From the NCBI GenBank assembly GCA_945869755.1, contig CAMBPW010000001.1:1-32217 (forward strand): a DNA stretch of 32,217 nucleotides, written 5' to 3'. The translations under genes and the position numbers were made by a program. Positions 19,284 to 28,700 of the stretch are shown piece by piece. This stretch comes from an uncultured Gemella sp. Lineage in GTDB: Bacteria; Bacillota; Bacilli; Staphylococcales; Gemellaceae. Below the pieces are notes generated by a model that was not told the origin of the DNA, searched no databases, and was given only the letters and a program-made list of their open reading frames with translations. Numbering within the stretch: the first letter of the stretch is position 1; each line of letters begins with the position of its first letter.

Positions 19284-19894
19284 TTTTCAATTAGACCTTC
19301 TATGATTTCTATACTTTGCCTTTTTACATCTTCTAAATTTTTATTAGCATTAATAGTAATAACTCTATCTGAATTGTTTTTAGCTATATTATCATAACCT
19401 TCTTTTATTCTAGTGTAAAAATCTATTTTTTCGCTATCTAGCCTATTGTTATCATCACGTTTTTTTGTTCTACTTATCCCTAAATTTATATCCACATCAA
19501 AATAAAGTGTAACATCTGGCATTAAACTTTCTAAAATATAATTATTAATATCAATAATATCATCTATTTTTAAATTTCTTCCATAACCTTGATACGCTAT
19601 AGAACTATCTAAAAATCTATCGCATAAAACAATAGAGCCTTTTTCTAATTCTGGTAAAATTTTATTTAAAATGTGTTCTCTTCTACTTGCCGCAAATAAT
19701 AAAGCTTCTGTTTTAGCATCTACATTAAAATTTAATAGTATATCCCTAATCTTTTCACTTACTTCTGTTCCGCCAGGTTCTCTAGTTATTACTACATTAT
19801 AACCTTTTTCTATCAAATACTGTTCTATATATTTTATTATTGTTGTTTTTCCAGAACCATCTGTTCCTTCTATAGTTATAAATTTTCCGTACAT
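19274..19894 (-). CDS. tmk: Thymidylate kinase
   Basis: Motifs FITIEGTDGSGKTT, TREPGGT and CDRFLDSSIAYQGYGR. Start at ATG 19894 with GGAG upstream. Confidence 0.96.
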   Translation of the reverse strand: MYGKFITIEGTDGSGKTTIIKYIEQYLIEKGYNVVITREPGGTEVSEKIRDILLNFNVDAKTEALLFAASRREHILNKILPELEKGSIVLCDRFLDSSIAYQGYGRNLKIDDIIDINNYILESLMPDVTLYFDVDINLGISRTKKRDDNNRLDSEKIDFYTRIKEGYDNIAKNNSDRVITINANKNLEDVKRQSIEIIEGLIEKWK

Positions 19895-19907
19895 TAATAT
19901 CTCCATA

Positions 19908-19946
19908 TAAATATAACTCCACTTATTATTAGTGGAGTTATATTTA
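19908..19946 (-). terminator. Hairpin / probable terminator between transaldolase and tmk
   Basis: Perfect 16-bp arms TAAATATAACTCCACT / AGTGGAGTTATATTTA with a 7-nt loop. The T tail is weak. Confidence 0.65.
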
Positions 19947-19947
19947 A

Positions 19948-20601
19948 TTATTCACCAAATACTTTTAAATAATCTTTTTTAAATTGTTCTATCCCTTTAT
20001 CCGTTAATGGATGATTAATTAATTGCATAATTACTTTATATGGTACTGTTGCAATATCACATCCTAATTTAGAACACTCTAATACATGAATTGGATTTCT
20101 AACACTAGCTGCTATTATTTCTGTATCTATATTATTAACCTTAAAAATATTAACAATATCAGCTATAAGATTTAATCCATCATAAGATATATCATCTAAA
20201 CGTCCTAAAAATGGAGAAACATAAGTCGCTCCAGCTCTTGCTGCTAATAAAGCTTGTCCAGGTGTAAAAATAAGCGTTAAATTCGTTTTTATACCTTCTT
20301 TTGACAATACACTCGTAGCCTTAAGACCTTCTGCTGTCATTGGAATTTTTACAACCATATTAGGATGAATATTAGCTATTTCTCTTGCTTCTTTTATTAT
20401 ATCTTCTGCTAATTCTGTTGTAGCTTTAACTTCTCCACTAATTGGACCATCAACAATGTCAGTAATTTCTTTTATTACTTCATTAAAATCACGTCCTTCT
20501 TTCGCAATTAATGAAGGATTTGTAGTAACCCCACAAATAACACCTAAATCATTTGCTATTTTAATTTCTTCTACATTAGCTGTATCAATAAAAAATTTCA
20601 T
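19948..20601 (-). CDS. tal: Transaldolase (small Tal/Fsa subfamily)
   Basis: Motifs [21 protein letters not shown] (Schiff-base Lys) and IIAASVR. Glu in ISGEV and Phe in VSPFLGR favour transaldolase over F6P aldolase, which has Gln and Tyr. Confidence 0.85.
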   Translation of the reverse strand: MKFFIDTANVEEIKIANDLGVICGVTTNPSLIAKEGRDFNEVIKEITDIVDGPISGEVKATTELAEDIIKEAREIANIHPNMVVKIPMTAEGLKATSVLSKEGIKTNLTLIFTPGQALLAARAGATYVSPFLGRLDDISYDGLNLIADIVNIFKVNNIDTEIIAASVRNPIHVLECSKLGCDIATVPYKVIMQLINHPLTDKGIEQFKKDYLKVFGE

Positions 20602-20748
20602 TAAATTAACCCCTTTATAATATTGCTTATTTATTCATATGTTATCACAAACTATGTAAAAAATCAATTTTAAAGTTAAAATGTAAAAATTATTAAATTG
20701 TTTTTTTTTATTATATATGGTAAAATTTTCTCAATTGGAGGTTTAATA

Positions 20749-21108
20749 ATGAAAAAACATTTAGAAAAAATTCCATATCTAATATTTTCTTTAATTATAT
20801 TTATATTTATGCCTATTTCTTATTTTACTTTAAATAATAAATCTGAAACTATGATTTATTTATTACTTGTTATTTTCCCTATAATAACTTTTTTTATTTC
20901 TTTAATTTACTCTTATAAAAAAGAAAATTTCAGTTATTTATTTTCTATTTTAATAGGTATATTTTACTTATTAACTTGTATTATAATGTTTAATTTCAAT
21001 ATTGTTATTTATTCAATATTTTATATTTTTATTAGCTTGTGTGGTCAAGGAACAGGTTTTTGCATAAAAAAAATAATAAAAAAATTTAAAAAAAGTAAGA
21101 AAGAATAA
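20749..21108 (+). CDS. Hypothetical membrane protein (about 4 TM helices, basic C-terminus)
   Basis: GGAGG RBS before ATG 20749, four hydrophobic stretches and a Lys-rich tail. No family confidently recognised. Confidence 0.7.
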   Translation: MKKHLEKIPYLIFSLIIFIFMPISYFTLNNKSETMIYLLLVIFPIITFFISLIYSYKKENFSYLFSILIGIFYLLTCIIMFNFNIVIYSIFYIFISLCGQGTGFCIKKIIKKFKKSKKE

Positions 21109-21129
21109 ATTTATTCTTTCTTACTTTTT
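21090..21129. terminator. Bidirectional terminator (perfect 40-bp palindrome)
   Basis: AAAAAGTAAGAAAGAATAAA|TTTATTCTTTCTTACTTTTT between convergent genes. Confidence 0.8.
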
Positions 21130-21131
21130 AC

Positions 21132-23072
21132 TTAATAAGTTTCTTGAATAGATCCTTTTTTATATTCTAAAAGCAATGCTTTTAACTGCGAAATTTGATT
21201 TATTATTTCTTTTCCTACATCCGTATCTTTTATAATTTTTCTATTTTCTATTTTATCAACTACCCTTTTAGTTGATAAGATATCAGTTTCATTTAATATA
21301 GCTATATTTTTATCTTCAAATACATTATGTTTCATTATTTGTAATCCATAAGAATTATATGTTAAAGTATACCCCCCATGCCCTGTAGTTTTATTATACG
21401 CTTTTGACATACCTCCATCAATTACAATAGTTCTCCCATTAGCTTTAACTGGATCTTCTCCTTTTTTTGCTTTTACTGGTGTATGACCATTTATTATATG
21501 TCCATCAGTAGGTAGATTAAATTCTTTTAATACTTTTATCGAAAAATTTTCTGTTTCTCGTAATTTATAGTAAAAATTTTTTTCTTCAATATGTGATTCT
21601 TTATCTTCAATGAAATATCTTTCAAAAGTAGTCATATCTTTTTTACCAAATAATGGAGAATATTCTCCTTGCCATAAATAAAAAAATAATTCATTACCTA
21701 TTTTTTCTTTACTATAAAATATTTGTCTTATTTTAGAATCGAAAAAATCTAATAATTTTTTCCCTTTATAACTTTCTCCTTCATAACTAAAAGTTTGAAA
21801 TTCTCCCTTTTCATTAACAGGCAAACAGCCATGAAGTAATAAGTTACCATTATAACATTTATACATTGAACCTTTTGATATAATAAATTCAATATGTTTT
21901 TTTAATTTTTCACTTGATACGAATAAATCTCTTAGTTTAAACATTAACTTTTCTTCTTCTTCATTTAATTTATATGGATCTTCTTTATCGACAGTTGGAA
22001 AATTACAACTAGTTAATTTATAATTTTTATTATTTATTAATATTGTTTCATCTTCAAAGTTTATTTTGTTAAGTAATCTTCTATTTCTTAAATTAAATTC
22101 TGGAAATTTACTAATTATTTCATTTTCTAATTTAAATTGTATTATTGCTATAGCTTTATGCATTTTTGCTATTTGATAAATTTCTTTAGAGCTATATCTA
22201 TGATCAGTTAATTTAGGATAAAATTCTTTGCATTCATCATCAAAATAATAATTTTCACTTAAATTCAATAACCCTCTTAATGAAATTCCATATCTATCTT
22301 CTATTATATCTAAATTATCATATCTAGCACATATTCTAAGAACATTTGCTATACATATTAAATCACCACAACAAGCCCCTATCCATAACATATCATGATT
22401 TCCCCACTGTATATCCACAGAATGATAATTTATAAGTCTATCCATAACTTTATCTGGATAAGGCCCCCTATCATAAATATCACCAACAATGTGCAAATGA
22501 TTAATAACTAAATTTTGTATTGAAAAAGACAGTTCTTTAATAAAATTATCAGCACTATCTAATTCTATAATACAATCTAATATTTTATTATAATAATTTT
22601 CCTTATCATTATTAATATCCATTTTATAAATTAATTCTTCAATAATATAATTAAATGTTTTAGGAAGTATTTTTCTAGTTTTTGAACGTGTATATTTTCT
22701 AGCTGCAAATTGCACAACTTTCAATAATCTTAATATTATAACCTTTTGAAATTCTATATATTCTAAATTTGAATATTCCTTTTTAATTAATGATAATTTT
22801 TCTTCTGGATAATATATAATTGTAGCTAAAATATTTATTTCTTTTGTAGTTAATATATTTCCAAATATTTCTTTTAATTTTTCTTTAATAACTCCTGAAC
22901 CGTTTCTTAATATGTGATCAAAAACTTCATATTCTCCGTGTATATCACTAATAAAATGTTCTGTCCCTTTAGGTAATGAAAGTATAGATTCAAGATTAAT
23001 TATTTCTCTATTAACTTCATTTATATTTTTAAAATTTTTTGATAATAATTGTAAATGTTCTTTTGTAAACAT
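21132..23072 (-). CDS. fbp: Fructose-1,6-bisphosphatase class III
   Basis: Motifs LPKGTEHFISDIHGEY, LHIVGDIYDRGP, DIQWGNHD, INGHTPVK and IDGGMSKAY. Start moved to ATG 23072 behind AAGGGGGG. Confidence 0.95.
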   Translation of the reverse strand: MFTKEHLQLLSKNFKNINEVNREIINLESILSLPKGTEHFISDIHGEYEVFDHILRNGSGVIKEKLKEIFGNILTTKEINILATIIYYPEEKLSLIKKEYSNLEYIEFQKVIILRLLKVVQFAARKYTRSKTRKILPKTFNYIIEELIYKMDINNDKENYYNKILDCIIELDSADNFIKELSFSIQNLVINHLHIVGDIYDRGPYPDKVMDRLINYHSVDIQWGNHDMLWIGACCGDLICIANVLRICARYDNLDIIEDRYGISLRGLLNLSENYYFDDECKEFYPKLTDHRYSSKEIYQIAKMHKAIAIIQFKLENEIISKFPEFNLRNRRLLNKINFEDETILINNKNYKLTSCNFPTVDKEDPYKLNEEEEKLMFKLRDLFVSSEKLKKHIEFIISKGSMYKCYNGNLLLHGCLPVNEKGEFQTFSYEGESYKGKKLLDFFDSKIRQIFYSKEKIGNELFFYLWQGEYSPLFGKKDMTTFERYFIEDKESHIEEKNFYYKLRETENFSIKVLKEFNLPTDGHIINGHTPVKAKKGEDPVKANGRTIVIDGGMSKAYNKTTGHGGYTLTYNSYGLQIMKHNVFEDKNIAILNETDILSTKRVVDKIENRKIIKDTDVGKEIINQISQLKALLLEYKKGSIQETY

Positions 23073-23138
23073 ATATATTCCCCCCTTGCTTATTTTATAA
23101 AAATATTTTAACATTAATTCGTTTTCATTACAACGAAA

Positions 23139-23170
23139 AATAAAGAATATGAAAATTCATATTCTTTATT
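23139..23170 (-). terminator. Intrinsic terminator after ndh
   Basis: AATAAAGAATATGAA-aa-TTCATATTCTTTATT, with a T tract on the minus strand. Confidence 0.75.
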
Positions 23171-23187
23171 CTAATTGCATATTAAAT

Positions 23188-24387
23188 TTAAAATACTCTT
23201 TGGCTTCTAATAGCTGTCTTTAAATTTGTACATTCATTAATTGCTTTTGCTTCAATAAGTTTTTTAGTTTTAGCAGCAAAGAACCCTTTATATTTTAATC
23301 CCATAGCATGAGCAATTGCATCTTTAGAACCTAATGAACAAACAACTCCTCTATTGATATACTTAAAGTTTTCGTTTGTATTTCCTGCTAATCTATTTGT
23401 TATATGCGAAGCTACATAAGCTCCCATTTGACAAGCTATTTGTGCTGTCGTTGGATATGGACGTTCTTGTCCTTCTTCAATAAAAGCAGCACAATCTCCT
23501 ACTATATAAATTTCTTCTAATCCTGGAACTGTTAATTGTTGTGTAGTAACTAAACGACCATTTTTTGATAACTCTGGGAACGTAGCATCCATTATTCTGC
23601 TTCCTTTAACACCCGCAGTCCAAACAAGTGTACTTGCTAAAAGCTCTTTTCTATCTCCATCTATTTCAACTATAAATCTATCTTCAGTAGCACCTTTAAT
23701 ACCTGCACCTAAGATAATTTCTATTCCTTGATCTTCCAAAAATTTTCTAGCATAAGCACTATATTCTTTATCAAACATAGGTAATAATACAGGAGCTGCA
23801 TCTAAACCATAAATTTTCACTAATTTCTCGTCAATCCCATATTTTTTACATAATTCTTTTCTTCTATCAATTAATTCTGCTAAAAATTCAATACCTGCAA
23901 GACCTGTTCCACCTACTACTATAGAAATATCTTTAACATCTTTTTCAGTTGACTCTGCATATTTTTTGAAGTTAGATTCAATTCTCTCAGATATTTTTTC
24001 TGCTGCTTTTATATCTGTAATTGGTAAAGCATTTTCTAACATTCCTTCAATTCCAAATGTTTGTGTTTCAAATCCTAATCCAACTACTAAAATATCATAT
24101 TTCAATTCTTGTTTTTTTGTATATACTACTTTTTCAGAAGTATCTATTTTAACAACTTCATCTTGTACAAAAGAAACTTCTGATTCAACTATATCTTTGA
24201 TTTCAATACAAATTTCATCGCGTGATATATTACCAGCTGAAACTTCATGTAAATTAACTGTATCATAGTGATAAGAATTTTTATTTACTATAGTTACTTT
24301 TGCTTCTCCATTTTTAATTACTTTTTTTAATCCTTTAAGAGTTGTAAGTCCTCCATAACCAGCTCCTAAAATTACAATATTTTTCAT
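23188..24387 (-). CDS. ndh: Type II NADH dehydrogenase-like FAD oxidoreductase (YumB-like)
   Basis: Motifs ILGAGYGG, VGGTGLAGIEF, VWTAGVKG, IYIVGDCA and PTTAQIACQMG. Confidence 0.85.
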   Translation of the reverse strand: MKNIVILGAGYGGLTTLKGLKKVIKNGEAKVTIVNKNSYHYDTVNLHEVSAGNISRDEICIEIKDIVESEVSFVQDEVVKIDTSEKVVYTKKQELKYDILVVGLGFETQTFGIEGMLENALPITDIKAAEKISERIESNFKKYAESTEKDVKDISIVVGGTGLAGIEFLAELIDRRKELCKKYGIDEKLVKIYGLDAAPVLLPMFDKEYSAYARKFLEDQGIEIILGAGIKGATEDRFIVEIDGDRKELLASTLVWTAGVKGSRIMDATFPELSKNGRLVTTQQLTVPGLEEIYIVGDCAAFIEEGQERPYPTTAQIACQMGAYVASHITNRLAGNTNENFKYINRGVVCSLGSKDAIAHAMGLKYKGFFAAKTKKLIEAKAINECTNLKTAIRSQRVF

Positions 24388-24455
24388 TTTTTTGTTCTCC
24401 TTAATTTTTATTTTTATATAATTATATTATTGTTTATATTTTTAACTTATAAAGT

Positions 24456-24815
24456 TTAACAACAGCAGCCACGACCACAGCACCCGCCATCTTCATCATC
24501 TAAATTATGAATTATATTTGGATTGTCTATAGTAAAATTTTCTCCATATTCATCTTTAATATAATCTATTTTTAGACCTTTAAGCAATTCTTCATCTTCT
24601 TCATTTATCAGTACTTTAAGCCCTTCAAAATCATACACTTTATCCCCAGAAAGTATATTTTCTACTGTATCAATATTATAATACATTTTACTACCTTCTA
24701 ACTCAAGTGAAATTTTTAAGAACATTTCATTATTACCTGCATCAAACACTAATTCTTTAAATTTTGATACAGCAATATTTGTAATACTTATTAACTGCTC
24801 TTTTTCAAAATTCAT
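24456..24815 (-). CDS. Divergent HesB/IscA/SufA-family protein with Cys-rich tail
   Basis: Family hallmarks ISITNIA, DKVYDFEGLKVLI, LKGLKIDY and FTIDNPN. Lies next to ndh and nfu, as sufA does in Bacillus and Staphylococcus. Confidence 0.8.
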   Translation of the reverse strand: MNFEKEQLISITNIAVSKFKELVFDAGNNEMFLKISLELEGSKMYYNIDTVENILSGDKVYDFEGLKVLINEEDEELLKGLKIDYIKDEYGENFTIDNPNIIHNLDDEDGGCCGRGCCC

Positions 24816-24937
24816 CTTATCCCTCTTTTATTTTATTTTATTTTTTATACTATCATTATAACTGTTTTTATAGTAAAATAATAGTATAACGTTTTAAAAA
24901 ATAAAAAAATTTAAAAATTAATTTTAATAGGAGTACC

Positions 24938-25192
24938 ATGACCAAAGAAAATATAGAAATTATAAATAAAATAAAATTTGAATTAGAAAAAATAAAACCT
25001 AAACTAGCCATAGATGGAGGTAGTATAGAATTTATCAATTTCAAAGATGGAATTGTTAAAGTACGATTACTTGGTGAATGTGCAACATGTGAAATAGCTG
25101 ATATAACTATGAAACACGCAGTAGAAGCAACATTAATTAGAAAAATTCCTGCTGTGAAAAAAGTTATAAATGTAAAATTGAATATTATTTAA
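24938..25192 (+). CDS. nfu: Nfu/NifU C-terminal-domain Fe-S carrier (YutI-like)
   Basis: IKPKLAIDGGSIE and VKVRLLGECATC (CxxC). RBS AGGAG. Confidence 0.88.
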   Translation: MTKENIEIINKIKFELEKIKPKLAIDGGSIEFINFKDGIVKVRLLGECATCEIADITMKHAVEATLIRKIPAVKKVINVKLNII

Positions 25193-25755
25193 TTTTGCAA
25201 ACAATTTTTATAACAAAAACAAGTTATTATATGGTCATTAATTATTCCTATAGCTTGTAAATAACTGTAAATTATTGTGCTTCCTACAAATTTGAATCCT
25301 CTTTTTTTCATATCTTTGCTAATTGTATCAGATAATTCTGTTTTTGATGGAATATCTGATATTTTTTTATGCTTATTATTAATTTGTTTAAAATTTACAA
25401 AACTCCAGATATAATTATAGAAAGTTCCATATTCCTTTTGTATCTCTATAAATGCTATTGCATTAGTTCTTACAGAATATATTTTTAATCTATGTCTTAT
25501 AATATCCTTATTTTGCAATTTTTCTTCTAATTCATCATTTGTATATTTTGAGCAAATATTATAATCAAAGTTATTAAAATTTTCTAAAAACTTTTTTCGC
25601 CGTTTCAATATAATATTCCAACTTAATCCAGCTTGCATTCCTTCTAAAATTAATAATTCAAATAATTTCTGTTCTGATTTTTCTATTTTACACCACTCAT
25701 TATCATGATAATTTTTATCAAAATCATCCTTTACCCAATCACATCTAATTTTCAT
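25189..25755 (-). CDS. tag: DNA-3-methyladenine glycosylase I
   Basis: Motifs RCDW, YHDNEW, LEGMQAGLSW, IIRHRLKI, GFKFVG and GIINDHIITC. Start at ATG 25755 behind AGGAG. Confidence 0.94.
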   Translation of the reverse strand: MKIRCDWVKDDFDKNYHDNEWCKIEKSEQKLFELLILEGMQAGLSWNIILKRRKKFLENFNNFDYNICSKYTNDELEEKLQNKDIIRHRLKIYSVRTNAIAFIEIQKEYGTFYNYIWSFVNFKQINNKHKKISDIPSKTELSDTISKDMKKRGFKFVGSTIIYSYLQAIGIINDHIITCFCYKNCLQN

Positions 25756-28700
25756 TAATATTTCTCCTCTCAAAAGCAGGCATTATTAATTTTAAAACAT
25801 TTATAATATCTTTTATTTCATATCCATTATTTATTTCTATCTCTAAAATTAAAGTATCTTTAGATAATACTTTCAACTCTTTATAATGATAAATTGTTTC
25901 AAAAAGTACTTTGCCATTCAAATATTCTAATACTTCTTTATCAAAATTAATAACTATTTTATTCTTTAATTCTATAATATCTAAAACTTGTAATTTATTA
26001 GCTTTAATTTTTAATAAACAAATATTTATTAAATTATCTACTTCTTTACTATAATCAGAATATCTATCTATTAATTCATCTATTATTTCTAAAACATCAG
26101 TTTCATTTTGAGCATTATTAATTAACTTGTAAAAATATATTTTATCTGCATCATTTGTTATATATTCTTTAGGAATATATGCATCAACATTCAATTTAAT
26201 TTCTATTTTATTTTCATCTATTTCAAAAATATCATAATTTGTATTTTTTGTTTTTTCTTTTATTATATTTTCATAATATTCTATACTTTGAGTTTTATCT
26301 ACTTTTATTAATGGTTCTAAAATTTCTTTTTTATCTGATAATTCTTTTTCAAGCATTTGTGAATAAAGTGTGTATCCAACAGAATCTATGAATCCATGTT
26401 GTTTACCCCCTAAAATATCTCCAGCTCCTCTAATTGATAAATCTTGCATAGCAATTTTAAATCCACTTCCTAATGAAGTAAAATTTTTAATTGCAGACAA
26501 TCTCTTTTCTGAGTTTTCTGTTAATACCTTAAAAGGCTTATACATAAAATATGCGTAAGCTTCTCTACTACTTCTACCTACACGACCTCGTATTTGGTAA
26601 AGTTGACTTAATCCAAATCTATCTGCATCTTCTACAATTAAAGTATTAACATTTGGCATATCTATACCTGTTTCAATAATTGTTGTAGATATTAACATAT
26701 CGTATTCTTTATTAATTAAGTCTGACATAATTATTTCTAATTCTGATTGGGTCATTCTGCCGTGTGCATAAGCAATATTTATTTCTGGTAGTAATCTTTT
26801 TAATTCCAAATATTTTTCTTCAATAGTTTCTACTCTATTGTGAATATAAAAAACTTGGCCATCTCGTTCAATTTCTTTTAATACAGCTTCTCTTATAACG
26901 TTTAAATTTTCTGACATTACAAAAGTTTGTATTGGTTGTCTATTTTTTGGTGGTGTTTCTATTACAGATAAATCTCTTATCCCTACCAAACTCATATGTA
27001 ATGTTCTAGGAATAGGCGTAGCACTTAATGTAAGAACATCTATCATATTTTTTAAATGTTTTATTTTCTCTTTATGTTTTACACCAAATCTTTGTTCTTC
27101 ATCTATAATTAGTAAACCTAAATCTTTATATTTGAATTTATCATTTAATAATTTATGTGTTCCTATAATTATGTCTATTTTCCCACTAGCTAATTTTTCT
27201 ATTATCTCATTATTTTGTTTTGAAGTATTAAACCTGCTAACAGTAGCAATATTTACAGGAAAATTTGAAAATCTTTCTAAAAAATTATTGTAATGTTGTT
27301 CTGCTAATAACGTAGTAGGAACTAAAACTGCTACTTGCTTACTATCCATTACAGCTTTAAACGCAACACGCATAGCTACTTCAGTCTTACCAAATCCGAC
27401 ATCTCCACAAAGAAGTCTATCCATTGGTCTATCTATTTCCATATCTTTTTTAATTTCTAAAACAGCTTTTTCTTGATCATTGGTTGCTTCAAATAAAAAA
27501 TCTTGTTCAAATTCATTTTGCATTATACCCTCTTCACTAAATGCATATCCAACATTTAATTCTCTTTTTATATATAATTTTATTAATTCTTCAGAAATAT
27601 CTTCGATTTCTTTTCTTACTTTATTTTTTATTTGTTGCCATTTTTTAGTACCAAGTTTATTTAATTTTGGTTTTTTATAATCAGTAGATGCTGTATATTT
27701 TTGTATGTATTTCATATTATCAATATCTACATAAATTATATCATTATCTTCATACACTATTTTTAAAAAATCTTTGTTAATACCTGATACTGCTATATTT
27801 TCTATACCTTTATAGATTCCAATTCCGTGATGAACGTGAACAATATAGTCATTTATATTCAAATCTTGGTAATTTCTAATTTTTTCAGAGTTTGAATATT
27901 TGAAATTAATTTTTTTCTTTTTGACATTTAAATTATCTTTAAAAATTTCTGAAGGTGTTATTAAAATAAATTTATTCTTCTCAATTTCAAAACCTTTTAA
28001 AAGATAATCCGTTTTTTCAAAATGTATTTTTCCCTTTTCTATACCGACATAAATATAATCAGCCAAATTATTTTCTATCAATATTCTCTCAATATAATCC
28101 CTTTGACTATTCTTATTATAACTTATGACTATTTCGTATCCCAAATTTATTTTAGAAATTATTTCTTTTACAATTTGTTTTTCATCAATAAAAAAAGGTA
28201 ATTCTACTGCATTTAAATTTATTTGCTTATCTATATTTTTATAATTATTTTTAAAATTCGATAAATAATATTTATTACATTTTATAGATTCTAATTTTAC
28301 AAATGAGTTTAAATCAACAACATTTTGAAAAATATAATTATTATTTATTTCAGAAAGTTTTATATTAAAGTATTCTTTAACATCTTGCAATTTCGATAAA
28401 ATCTTTGGATAATTATCAAAAATTATTGATTTAGCATTTATTAAATAATCAGATATTGAATAAACATCACTATATATATAATTTGAAAAACTATATAATT
28501 CATCAAATATTCCCACCTCTTTATATAGTTTTATATTATTAACAATATTATTTTTTATTTCACCATACGCACTAAATTCTAATAATTTCTCATTTTCCAA
28601 CTCTTTTTCTATTTTAGATACTACAAAATCTTTCTCATTTTCAGATAAATAAAAATCAGTAGTAGGAGATATTATAAACTCCTCTATTTTATTCAATGAT

